Notes: generated from the sequence alone by a model not told the origin. A DNA stretch of 64,000 nt from Alphaproteobacteria bacterium (GCA_963422645.2 CAXXVO010000018.1:64001-128000); one strand, 5' to 3'. Counted from the stretch's first letter, positions 9,172 through 18,121 are shown. Numbers and translations: made by a program.

Positions 9172-10020
9172 ATGAGGGAGCACAGGCGCATCCTGCTCGA
9201 CGGTTATCCCGTCATCGTGACCGGAGAGGGCGAGCGCCTGCACGCGAAGGACGGGCGCTCGGTCGCGCTGGCGGATGCGGTCCACCTGCCGCCGACGGAG
9301 CCGCGCAAGATCATCTGCGTGCACCTCAACTACAAGAGCCGGGTGGACGAGTTCATGGTGACGCTGCCCGCGACGCCCACCTACTTCCACAAGCCGGTGA
9401 GCGCGCTCTGCGGGCACCGTGCGCAGGTGGTGCGGCCCGAGCGCTGCCAGTGGCTCAACTACGAGGGCGAGATCGCCATCGTCATCGGCCGGCACTGCCG
9501 GAACATCGCCCGCGACGAGGCCGGCGACTACATCGCCGGCTACACCATCGCGAACGACTACGGCCTGCACGACTTCCGCGACACCGACGCGGGCTCCATG
9601 CTGCGGGTGAAGGGCTCGGACACGCTCTGCCCGGTGGGCCCCGCGCTGGTCAGCGGCTGGGATTTTCGGGGCAAGTCCGTCCGGACCTACGTCAACGGCG
9701 CCCTCGCCCAGGACGGGAACACAGACGAGATGGCGTGGGACATGCACTACCTCGTCGCCGACATCGCCCGCAACATCACCCTCGAGCCGGGGGACCTGCT
9801 GCTCTCCGGCACGCCCGCCAACAGCCGGCCCGTCGAGCCGGGCGACGTCGTGCGGGTGGAGGTGGAGGGGCTGGGTGCGCTGGAGAACGAGATCGTCCAG
9901 GGCCCGGCGCCCATTCGCGACGATGTCGGCGCCCAGCCCACGACTTCGGAGGAGGTCATGTCCACCGCGCTCGGCGGCGACTGGGAGTTCCGAGGCATTC
10001 GGGCACCGCGCAAGTCGTGA
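9172..10020 (+). CDS. Fumarylacetoacetate hydrolase family protein (HpaG-like isomerase/decarboxylase)
   Basis: KIICVHLNY, FHKP, NYEGEIAIVIG, GYTIAND, TLEPGDLLLSGTP motifs. Confidence 0.88.
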   Translation: MREHRRILLDGYPVIVTGEGERLHAKDGRSVALADAVHLPPTEPRKIICVHLNYKSRVDEFMVTLPATPTYFHKPVSALCGHRAQVVRPERCQWLNYEGEIAIVIGRHCRNIARDEAGDYIAGYTIANDYGLHDFRDTDAGSMLRVKGSDTLCPVGPALVSGWDFRGKSVRTYVNGALAQDGNTDEMAWDMHYLVADIARNITLEPGDLLLSGTPANSRPVEPGDVVRVEVEGLGALENEIVQGPAPIRDDVGAQPTTSEEVMSTALGGDWEFRGIRAPRKS

Positions 10021-10071
10021 GGCCCTCCCGCTCTTCGTGACTCTATCTCTTGCGCGCGCGTCCCTATGTTG

Positions 10072-10155
10072 CGTGCGCGAGACCTTTCAGGCGCGCGCGA
10101 CCCGGACCATGGTGCGGTGCCCGGTACGAGGCGCGCCCGCCATACTCGCGCCATG
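10072..10155 (+). repeat. Dispersed intergenic repeat, copy A
   Basis: CCCGGACCATGGTGCGGTGC identical at 29090-29109; CCTTTCAGG..CGCGACCC..ACCATGGTGCGG block matches the reverse complement of 57977-58040. Confidence 0.7.
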
Positions 10156-10392
10156 ACGTGTGACGACGAAGGGGCGCGGGCGAAGGGAGGGGATTGTCGA
10201 GGGCGGCCGTCTGTCCGGGAAACTCACGTTGTCTCAGGAAATCTCACTGTGTCTCGCGAAATTTACTTCCCTTTCGACGCCCGCGCGGAGCCAGGCGGCA
10301 GAGCCCTCCAGGATCTGAAGAGTCTTCAGGTCGCTGTGGAAGTCGAGGGCGTAGGCGCGGAAGTTGCGCGCCGGGCGTATCGAGGCGCGGGG

Positions 10393-11679
10393 CTAGAGGA
10401 AGTTGAGGTAGCGCGACATTTCCCAGTCCGTCGTGCTGCCGAGGTAGTCGTCCCACTCCTTGCGCTTGATCCCGATGTGGTTCGCAACCAGCAGTTCGCC
10501 GATGGCGGAAACCAGCGCGCCGTCCTGTTCGAGCGCGTCGAGCGCCGCGCCCAGGTTCTCGGGCACGGTCACGTCGGTGTCGACGCTCTCCAGCCCGTCG
10601 CCGGTCTCCGCCGGCGGCAGTGGATAGCCCTTCTCCACCCCGAGCCGCGCCGCCTGCAGCATGGTCGCGGCGGCAACGTAGGGATTGGCGGCGCCGTCGG
10701 CGACACGATGTTCGATGCGCGTCCCCGGGCCGCGCTCGCCGGGCACCCGCACCGCGACGCCGCGGTGGTCGTAGCCCCAGTTCGCCCAGCAGCCGGCGAG
10801 GCTCGCCGGGCGGAGCCGGCGGTAGGAGTTCACGGTGGGTGCGATCAGCCCGGCCATGGAGCGGTGGTGGTGCATGAGCCCCGCGATGCAGTGCCGGGCG
10901 AGTTGGGAGAGACCGTCTTCCTGCGCAGGATCGGCGAGGGCATTGTCCCCGCCCTGATCGGCAAGGCTGAGGTTGAGGTGGACCCCACTGCCGCCGCGAT
11001 CCGAGAGCGGCTTCGGCATGAAGGTGAGCAGGTAGCCCCGCTTCGCCGCGACCTCGCGCGCCATCAGTCTGAAGAGAAAAATGTCGTCGATGGCGCCGAG
11101 CGCGTCCCGATAGCGCAGCGTGAACTCGAACTGCGGCCAGTCGAACTCGCTGTTGATCGCCTCCAGCGGGAAGCCGCAGGCCTGCGCCTGCGACCAGATA
11201 TCGTCGACCAGGCCGGCGGGGTCGACCGCAGTGCCGGTGCCGTAGACGTAGGCGCCGGGAGTGTCGTAGGGCACCCAGTTGCCGGAGGAATCGCGCTCGA
11301 AGACGAAGGCCTCAAGCTCGATACCGAGGAAGGGGGCGAGGTCGGCCTGCTGCCATGCGGCGATCGCGCGGGCGAGCGCGCCCCTGGCGCAGAGCCCGAG
11401 CGGCTGCCCCTCCTTCTCCAGGTCCGCCACCACCACGCCGGTGCCGGGCTCCCAGCCGGGCCGGACCTCTTCGAGGTCGAACGCCGCCTCCATGTCCGGC
11501 AGCCCCTCGGGTACCCCGGAGCCCGGGGCGGGGATCAGGGCACGCTCGTAGTCCACCGCGTAGACCCCGACGCAATGCCGGAGCGTGCCGGACTCGGCCA
11601 GGGCGCGCGGGACGTACTTGCCGCGTGCGAGGTTCAGGTGGTCGCAGAACAGGACCCGAATGCGTTCGTAGTCGCTCAT
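10393..11679 (-). CDS. Glutamine synthetase-like gamma-glutamyl ligase (PuuA-like)
   Basis: IELE, QFEF, TFMPKP..GSGVHLNLS, NSYRRL, WG.DHR..AVRVP, RIEHRVADGAANPY. Confidence 0.85.
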   Translation of the reverse strand: MSDYERIRVLFCDHLNLARGKYVPRALAESGTLRHCVGVYAVDYERALIPAPGSGVPEGLPDMEAAFDLEEVRPGWEPGTGVVVADLEKEGQPLGLCARGALARAIAAWQQADLAPFLGIELEAFVFERDSSGNWVPYDTPGAYVYGTGTAVDPAGLVDDIWSQAQACGFPLEAINSEFDWPQFEFTLRYRDALGAIDDIFLFRLMAREVAAKRGYLLTFMPKPLSDRGGSGVHLNLSLADQGGDNALADPAQEDGLSQLARHCIAGLMHHHRSMAGLIAPTVNSYRRLRPASLAGCWANWGYDHRGVAVRVPGERGPGTRIEHRVADGAANPYVAAATMLQAARLGVEKGYPLPPAETGDGLESVDTDVTVPENLGAALDALEQDGALVSAIGELLVANHIGIKRKEWDDYLGSTTDWEMSRYLNFL

Positions 11680-11709
11680 GCCAAGCGCCCCATGAAGCGG
11701 CCGCGCCGG

Positions 11710-12969
11710 TTAGCAGGTCACCGACACCGGCAGAGACTTGATGCCGTTGATGAAGTTGGAGCGGAGCCGGAGCGCCTGACCGGCCGGCCGGATCGTGCGC
11801 ACCCGCCGCGTCAGCTCCTCCAGCACGATGCGCAGCTCGAGCCGTGCCAGCCAGAGGCCCAGGCAGAGGTGATGCCCGCCCCGCCCGAAGGCCATTTGCG
11901 GGTTGGGATCGCGCGCGAAATCGGCGCTGTAGGGTTCGTCGAAGACCCGCTCGTCGAAGTTGCCGGAGATGAACCACAGGATCAACTTGTCGCCCGCCGC
12001 GATGGTGCGCCCGTGCATCTCGCAGTCCTCCACAGCGGTCCGGCGAAAGTGCATGGTCGGCGACGAGATGCGCAGCAGCTCCTCCACCGCCGTGGCCCAG
12101 AGCGCCTCATCGGCGCCCTGAAGCTGCTCGAAGAGCCGGGGTTCACGCGCAAGCAGATCGACGGCAGAGGCGACCGCATAGCGCGTGGTGTCGTTGCCCG
12201 CCACCACCAGCAGCGTGAAGAAATTCTTGAACTCGTGGTCGGTGAGCGGCTCGCCGTCCCGATCGGGCTCGAGCAGAAGGCTGATGACGTCGCCGCTCGG
12301 CTTCCCGCGTCGGAGCGCGGCCTGGCGCTCGGCGTACTCGAAGACCTCCGCGCCTGCCGGCGAGCGGAAGGGCATGAGGCGGAAGGCATCGGTGTCGACC
12401 TGGTCGACCACGTGGTCGGTGAAGTCCGGGTCGCTGTTCGCCATCATTTCATCGCCCTTGTCGGCGAGCCAGGCGCCGTCCTCCTCCGACACCCCGAGCA
12501 CGCCCGCCAGCATCAGCATGGGCAGGGGCTTCGCGATCGCGTCGACGCAATCGAACTCGTCCTGCTTCAGGGCCTCGTCGAGCACGTGGGAGACGATGGC
12601 GCGGACCCGGTCCCGGTAGGTCTCGATGAAGCGGCGCGAGAAGGTGCGGTTGACCAGGCGGCGCAGGCGGGTGTGCTCGGGCGGGTCCTGCTCCATCATG
12701 GTCAGGCGCGCGCTCCGCTCCTCCTCCGACATCTCTTCCAGCCGAATCCCTCGCCGGGTCGTGAACTGCCGGAAGTTCTTGCTGATCTCCGTGATGTCCT
12801 CGTGGCGCGTGATGGCCCAGAACCCGGAGGCATCGCGTTCGTCGAACCACGCAACCGGGTCATCGCGCCGCAGCGCCTCGAAGGTCTTGTGAGGCACGCA
12901 ATTGACGAACGAGTCGTGAGAGGAGAGGTCGGCGATGCCCTCCGGCTCAGGAGAAAGAAGCTCGGACAT
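11710..12969 (-). CDS. Cytochrome P450
   Basis: I-helix AGNDTT, EELLR (ExxR), heme motif FGRGGHHLCLG; start at ATG 12969 preferred over 13005. Confidence 0.93.
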   Translation of the reverse strand: MSELLSPEPEGIADLSSHDSFVNCVPHKTFEALRRDDPVAWFDERDASGFWAITRHEDITEISKNFRQFTTRRGIRLEEMSEEERSARLTMMEQDPPEHTRLRRLVNRTFSRRFIETYRDRVRAIVSHVLDEALKQDEFDCVDAIAKPLPMLMLAGVLGVSEEDGAWLADKGDEMMANSDPDFTDHVVDQVDTDAFRLMPFRSPAGAEVFEYAERQAALRRGKPSGDVISLLLEPDRDGEPLTDHEFKNFFTLLVVAGNDTTRYAVASAVDLLAREPRLFEQLQGADEALWATAVEELLRISSPTMHFRRTAVEDCEMHGRTIAAGDKLILWFISGNFDERVFDEPYSADFARDPNPQMAFGRGGHHLCLGLWLARLELRIVLEELTRRVRTIRPAGQALRLRSNFINGIKSLPVSVTC

Positions 12970-13006
12970 GGCGGTCTCGTTTGGTTGCGAACCGGTTGGC
13001 GTCATG

Positions 13007-13026
13007 ATAGTTCGGATACGAACGAT
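13007..13026. promoter_or_regulatory. Candidate MarR operator (ATAGTTCG-GATA-CGAACGAT)
   Basis: Near-perfect palindrome between divergent P450 and dioxygenase genes; matches 9133-9152. Confidence 0.6.
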
Positions 13027-13112
13027 CTGTCCACAGAAGTCCTTTGCCGCGCGCAGGAGCCGGAGCCAACGCGTGGGCTCCGGGGCGCAGGCAAGGCGAT
13101 AGGAGAGGAGAC

Positions 13113-13991
13113 GTGGGAGACATCGCGGGCGCCGGTTTCTTGTCGCATGTGCCTACGATCATGCTGCCGAAGGAGGTCCGGCTGGAGCTGAACGAGGGCC
13201 GTGAGCTCAGCCTCGTGACCGGCCTCGAGCGGCTGCGCAGCGAGGTCTTGGGCGACCTCAGGCCCGACACCTTCGTGGTGTTCGACACCCACTGGTTCAC
13301 CACCGTGGAGTTCATCGTGAACGCCCACGAGCGCCGCCGGGGCCTCTATACGTCGGGCGAGCTTCCCCGGGGCATCCACGGCCTTCCCTTCGACCTTGCC
13401 GGCAGCCCGGCGCTGGCCGCGAGCATGGCGGCGGCGGTACGCGAGCATGCAGGCGTGCCCTGCATCGCCAACGACGATGCGCACCTGCCGATCCATTACC
13501 CCACCCTCAACCTCGCCCACTACCTGAACCGCGGCGAGCGCTGGGTCTCCGTCAGCATCTGCCAGACCGCGCGCGACGAGGATTTTCTCGCGGTGGGAGC
13601 GGCGCTGGGGCGGGCGATCGCGGCCTCGGAGGAGCGCGTGGTGCTGCTCGCAAGCGGGGGAATGAGCCACCGCTTCTGGCCGCTCTCGGAGTTCGACCGG
13701 CACGAGGCCTCGGACCCGATTCACATCCGCACGCCCGAAGCGCGCGCCGCGGACCTGGAGCGCCTGGCCTGGTGGGCAGAGGGCGACCACGCGGCGGTCA
13801 TTGACTCGATGGACGCCTTCCGCGCCCACAAGCCGGAAGGCCTGTTCGGGCACTACCTGATGATGGTCGCCGCGCTGGGCGGACGCGAATGCACCGCAAC
13901 CGGGACGCCGTTCAGCGACTACGAGAACGCGGCCGGCACCGGACAGGTGCACGTCTGGTTCGCCCGCCCGCCACAGGGCTGGAGCGGCTGA
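13113..13991 (+). CDS. LigB-family (class III) extradiol ring-cleavage dioxygenase, HpaD-like
   Basis: SHVPT, VVFDTHW, ASGGMSHRFW, EGLFGHY motifs; GTG after AGGAGAGGAG. Confidence 0.8.
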   Translation: MGDIAGAGFLSHVPTIMLPKEVRLELNEGRELSLVTGLERLRSEVLGDLRPDTFVVFDTHWFTTVEFIVNAHERRRGLYTSGELPRGIHGLPFDLAGSPALAASMAAAVREHAGVPCIANDDAHLPIHYPTLNLAHYLNRGERWVSVSICQTARDEDFLAVGAALGRAIAASEERVVLLASGGMSHRFWPLSEFDRHEASDPIHIRTPEARAADLERLAWWAEGDHAAVIDSMDAFRAHKPEGLFGHYLMMVAALGGRECTATGTPFSDYENAAGTGQVHVWFARPPQGWSG

Positions 13992-13992
13992 G

Positions 13993-15669
13993 CTAACTCA
14001 GGAAGCGGTCGAGCACGTGGCCGGGGGGCGGCACGTCGCGGTAGCCGTCCTCGTCGTAGACGCGGGTGCCATTGACCCAGACCCGCTGCACCCCGCTCGC
14101 GTCGCGCACCAGCCGGCTTTCGCCGCCGGGTAGATCGTAGACCCGCCTGATCGCGCCGCGCCCGACCGTTGCCGGATCGAAGAGCAGCAAGTCCGCAAAC
14201 TTGCCGGGTGCGATCTCGCCGCGATCGGCGATGCCGTAGAGCTGCGCCGGCATGCTGGTCACCCGGCGGATGCCGTCCGCCAGATCGAAGAGGCCCTTGT
14301 CGCGTACCCAATGGCCGAGCAGGTGCAGGCCGTAGCCGGCATCGCAGAGGTAGCAGAGATGGGCGCCGGCATCGGAGAGGCTGATGAGGCCCGCGTCGTG
14401 GCGCAGCAGCTCTTCCACCGCCGCCTCGTCGGCATTCAGCAGCGCGGCGTTGAAGGTGGTGCCCAGCCTCTCGTCCACGACGAGGTCGAACATGACGTCG
14501 ACCGGATCGCGACCCTCGCGCCCGGCGATGGCCTCGATGGTCTCGCCCTCCAGTGGCCGGTGCGCCGGCGTCGCCGCCATCGCCACCTCGACGCGCCGCC
14601 AATCGCCGTAGAAGATCTTGCCCTGCTTCGGCTTCTCCAGGTCCTCCCGGAACCTGTTGCGGAAATCCTGGCTTGCGACGATCGCCAGGAAATCGTCGTC
14701 AGATGCCGTGTGCAGCGGCTCCCAGGCATCGAGGCTCTGGAGCGGGAAGGCGGTCCGCATGGAGAAATCCATGCGGAGCGGCTGACACGAGACCTGGGCC
14801 CACACCCCGTTGCCGCGGCTCTGCGCGGCGGCCGCATCTTCGAGCATGCCGATGGCGCGGTCGGGGAAGGTCTCGTTGTGCAGGGCCGCGGTCATGAAGA
14901 TGGGCCGGCCGGTTTCCGCCGCCATGCTCTCCAGGCGCTCAACCGTCATGCTGGGGCCGACGGTGAGCTGGAAGATTCCCCGGCCGAGCTCGCCAAGCAC
15001 GCCGACCAGCGCGCGCAACTCGTCGTCTTCGGCGAGCCGCGACGGCATGGGCACGCCGCCGTCGCCGTTGTGGTTGATCGAAGTGGAGGTGGCGAAGCCG
15101 ATGGCGCCGGCCTCCATCGCCTCCGTCACGATGCCGCGCATGGCGGCGATCTCGTCATCGGTCGCCGCGCGGTCCGAGGCTTCGGCGCCGAGCACGGTGG
15201 TGCGTACCGCGGAGTGGCCGACGAAGACGCCGGCGTTGGGGTAGCAGCCCTTGCGCCGGAGCAAATCCAGATACTCCGGGAAGCTCTCGAAGCCCCAGTC
15301 GATCCCTGCCTCCAGCGCGGCGATGGACATGCCCTCGACCTCGGCCAGGTTGCGCGCCATCTGCTCGCGCCGATCCGGCGGGCAGGGCGCGATGCTGAAG
15401 CCGCAGTTGCCCATGACCACCGTGGTGACGCCGAGCGAGGGGGAGGGAGTCGCCTGGCTCTCCCAGGTGATCTGGGCGTCGTAGTGGGTGTGCACGTCGA
15501 CGATGCCGGGCGCCAGCACGAGGCCTTCGGCGTCGACCGTCTCCCGCGCGCTCTCGGTCACGTCGCCCACCTCGACGATGCGCTCACCGCTGACGGCGAC
15601 GTCGGTCTCGATCAGTGGGTTGCCCACGCCGTCGGCGACCATGGCGCCGCGAATCACCAGATCATGCAT
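13993..15669 (-). CDS. N-acyl-D-amino-acid deacylase-like metal-dependent amidohydrolase
   Basis: PGIVDVHTHYDAQ, GVTTVVMGNCGF, SDAGAH, DRGEIAPGKFADLLLFD. Confidence 0.85.
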   Translation of the reverse strand: MHDLVIRGAMVADGVGNPLIETDVAVSGERIVEVGDVTESARETVDAEGLVLAPGIVDVHTHYDAQITWESQATPSPSLGVTTVVMGNCGFSIAPCPPDRREQMARNLAEVEGMSIAALEAGIDWGFESFPEYLDLLRRKGCYPNAGVFVGHSAVRTTVLGAEASDRAATDDEIAAMRGIVTEAMEAGAIGFATSTSINHNGDGGVPMPSRLAEDDELRALVGVLGELGRGIFQLTVGPSMTVERLESMAAETGRPIFMTAALHNETFPDRAIGMLEDAAAAQSRGNGVWAQVSCQPLRMDFSMRTAFPLQSLDAWEPLHTASDDDFLAIVASQDFRNRFREDLEKPKQGKIFYGDWRRVEVAMAATPAHRPLEGETIEAIAGREGRDPVDVMFDLVVDERLGTTFNAALLNADEAAVEELLRHDAGLISLSDAGAHLCYLCDAGYGLHLLGHWVRDKGLFDLADGIRRVTSMPAQLYGIADRGEIAPGKFADLLLFDPATVGRGAIRRVYDLPGGESRLVRDASGVQRVWVNGTRVYDEDGYRDVPPPGHVLDRFLS

Positions 15670-15734
15670 GGTCCAACTCAGTCCTTCTCACGATAAGGCC
15701 GCCCGGCGCCCGAACGCGCCCGGCAAGGCCGGCG

Positions 15735-16364
15735 TCAGGGGGTCTTCGGAACCGTCACACCGATCATGCAGTCGCGGGTGACGAGCGCGGCGAGGCGCGC
15801 TTGCTCCCAACCCTCGGTGCCGGCGGGCCGCTGCGGCACGACAATGTAGCGCATGTCGGCGGTGGAATCGTGTACCCGCACGGTCGTGTCGCCGGGCACC
15901 TCGGTGCCGAACTCGCGCAGCACGGCGCGGGGCTCGCGCACCACCCGCGAGCGGTAGGCTTTCGCCTTGTACCAGTCCGGCGGGAGGCCCAGGAGGTTGC
16001 GCGGATAACAGGAGCAGAGCGTGCAGACGATCACGTTGTGCACGCTCGCCGTGTTCTCGACGGCGATCAGCCGGGTCGGCCCGAGTTCGACGCCGAGCTG
16101 CGCACACGCCTCGGTGCCGTCCGCCAGCAGCGCCTCCCTGAAGGCCGGGTCGGTCCAGGCGCGGGCCACGACCTCGGCCCCCTTCGCGGGGCTGCGGGCG
16201 TCCATCGCCTCGATCGCGGCGCGCACGTCGTCGGCGCCGAAGACCCCCTTCTCGATCAGGAGCTCGCGCACGGCGATCTCCATGGTCTCGTAGTAGCCGA
16301 GAGGGCCGTCCTCGTCGGGCGGCGGCCGGTGGTCGTGGGTGTGGTCGTGGCTATGGGTCGCCAT
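15735..16364 (-). CDS. Cobalt-type nitrile hydratase alpha subunit / thiocyanate hydrolase gamma-like
   Basis: VCTLCSCY metal-claw motif, GA.VVARAW.DP.F, WYK..AYRSRVVREPR.VL.EFG, VHDSTAD.RY; His-rich N-terminus. Confidence 0.92.
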   Translation of the reverse strand: MATHSHDHTHDHRPPPDEDGPLGYYETMEIAVRELLIEKGVFGADDVRAAIEAMDARSPAKGAEVVARAWTDPAFREALLADGTEACAQLGVELGPTRLIAVENTASVHNVIVCTLCSCYPRNLLGLPPDWYKAKAYRSRVVREPRAVLREFGTEVPGDTTVRVHDSTADMRYIVVPQRPAGTEGWEQARLAALVTRDCMIGVTVPKTP

Positions 16365-16367
16365 CTT

Positions 16368-16661
16368 TCACTCCGTCGCGGGCTCGAGCCAGTGCTCGTA
16401 GAGCTCGATGTCGATGGTATCGCCGGGCGGCCCGTCGTAGTCCGGCCAGAGCGCGGTCTGGGCGAAACGCACGCGATAGAGGGTCTGCTTGGGGCGGTCC
16501 CTGCGCCCGAACGCAAGCTCCTCGGGGTTGCCGAAATCGCCGCAGATGCGCTCCACATCGCCGACGGCGCCGCGCGCATAGTGGGGCGTGCGGATATGGC
16601 CGAGCGGGAAGGCCCGGCGCACCGCCACCCGGTCGCCCACGGCAAAGCGGGCCGCCATCAT
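16368..16661 (-). CDS. Nitrile hydratase beta C-terminal SH3-like subunit (thiocyanate hydrolase alpha-like)
   Basis: RFAVGDRV.V...GHIRTPHYARG..G.V...LYRVRF....LW...ELYEHWLEPA; own ATG overlapping the upstream TGA. Confidence 0.82.
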   Translation of the reverse strand: MMAARFAVGDRVAVRRAFPLGHIRTPHYARGAVGDVERICGDFGNPEELAFGRRDRPKQTLYRVRFAQTALWPDYDGPPGDTIDIELYEHWLEPATE

Positions 16662-16987
16662 CCGGCGCCCTCGTCGCGTTTCTCGACCTCGGCCATGCGG
16701 CGGCCGAGCTCGTCGGAGGAGATGACCCCTTGGGCGAGCAGGGTGTTGGTGATGGAGGCGATCCAGCGCTCGTAGTAGCTCATCGCCTCGTAGGCCTCGG
16801 CGCCGAGCTGCTCGATACCGCGGCGGAGCTGGTCCACGGTGATCACGCCGCGCTCGGGACTCCCAAGAAGCACCATCAGCGCGTCGACCCGCTTCTCCCA
16901 GAGCGCGTGCGCGTGCTCGGCCCGCTCGATGGGTCCGGCGGTCAGCCCGCCGATGTCGTGGCAACCGCGCCCCGAATCGTCGCTCAC
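16658..16987 (-). CDS. Nitrile hydratase beta N-terminal subunit (thiocyanate hydrolase beta-like)
   Basis: HDIGG, WEKRVDAL, DQLRRGIE, Y..MSYYERW...L..QGVI; GTG after GGAGGAG. Confidence 0.82.
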   Translation of the reverse strand: MSDDSGRGCHDIGGLTAGPIERAEHAHALWEKRVDALMVLLGSPERGVITVDQLRRGIEQLGAEAYEAMSYYERWIASITNTLLAQGVISSDELGRRMAEVEKRDEGAG

Positions 16988-17125
16988 GCCGGCTCCTCCC
17001 CTACTCTCCCGCTGCGGGGCCACGATAGAATCGGGGCGCGCGAGGGACAAGACCGGCTCCGCCCGAGACACGGATGGCGGGTCTCACCCGGCCCCGCGCC
17101 TGAGGCCTGAGAGGGAACGCGGGAG

Positions 17126-18121
17126 TCAGGCGTTGACGTCGACCACGACCCGGCCGCGCACGCCGCCGTCGAGGATGTCGTTGCTCCGCGCCACCACCTC
17201 GTCGAGAGGCACCACCTCGGTGATCGCGTCGAGCGCATCGCGCGGCAGGTCGCGCGCGAGCCGCTGCCAGGCCTCGCGGCGCGGCGCGGACGGGCAGTAG
17301 ACCGACTCGATGCCGATCAGGCTCACCCCACGCAGGATGAAGGGCATGACCGTGGTCTTGAGCCCCGGCCCGGCGGCAAGACCGCAGCAGGCCACCACCC
17401 CGCCGTAGCGGGTCTCCGCCAGGATGTGGGCCAGCATCGCGCCCCCCACGGCGTCGACGGCGCCGGCCCAATGCTCGGAGAGCAGCGGCTTGTCGGGCGC
17501 CTCCGCCCGCTTGCCGCGGGGCAGCACGTCGCTGGCGCCCAGGCTCTTCAGATAGTCGCGGCACTCGGGCCGGCCGGAGATGGCGACGGTCTCGTAGCCG
17601 AGGCCTGCGAGCAAGGCCACCGCCACGCTGCCGACACCGCCCGCAGCGCCCGTCACCGCGACGGGGCCCGCGTCCTTGGCAACACCCGCGCGCTCCAGCG
17701 CGATTACGCAGAGCATCGCCGTGAAGCCCGCCGTGCCGATGGCCATCGCCCATTTCGTGTCACAGCCCTCGGGCAAGGGCTCCAACCAACCGGCCTTGAC
17801 CCGTGCCCGCTGGGCCAACCCCCCGGGGTGCCGCTCGCCCACGCCCCAGCCGGTGAGCACCACCGCCTGACCCGGCACGAACGCCGGCGAGTCGCTTTGC
17901 TCGACCGTGCCGGCGAAGTCGATGCCGGCAGTCATCGGGGGCCTTCTGATGATCGGCGCGCGCCCGGTAAGCGCCAGGCCGTCCTTGTAGTTGAGGCACG
18001 AATAGTCGACCCGCACCGTGACCTCGCCCTCGGGCAGGTCGGCCTCGGTGAGTGTCCTGATCTCGGCGCCAACCTTGTCTTCCTGCCGGTCGACGACGAG
18101 TGCTCTGTAACTGTCTGACAT
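17126..18121 (-). CDS. acuI: Acryloyl-CoA reductase AcuI/YhdH-like MDR oxidoreductase
   Basis: YS.LNYKDGLA, AMAIGTAGFTAMLCV, VTGAAGGVGS, TTVMPFILRGVSL.GI. Confidence 0.85.
   Translation of the reverse strand: MSDSYRALVVDRQEDKVGAEIRTLTEADLPEGEVTVRVDYSCLNYKDGLALTGRAPIIRRPPMTAGIDFAGTVEQSDSPAFVPGQAVVLTGWGVGERHPGGLAQRARVKAGWLEPLPEGCDTKWAMAIGTAGFTAMLCVIALERAGVAKDAGPVAVTGAAGGVGSVAVALLAGLGYETVAISGRPECRDYLKSLGASDVLPRGKRAEAPDKPLLSEHWAGAVDAVGGAMLAHILAETRYGGVVACCGLAAGPGLKTTVMPFILRGVSLIGIESVYCPSAPRREAWQRLARDLPRDALDAITEVVPLDEVVARSNDILDGGVRGRVVVDVNA

Noticed and set aside
10066-13191. 1041-aa plus-strand ORF
   Set aside because: Antisense shadow of the GS-like and P450 genes; no motifs; expected in high-GC DNA
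16662-16964. 198-aa ORF 16368-16964 as a full-length beta subunit or frameshifted gene
   Set aside because: The upstream part is an Arg-rich off-frame reading; the two beta halves have their own starts with an ATGA overlap
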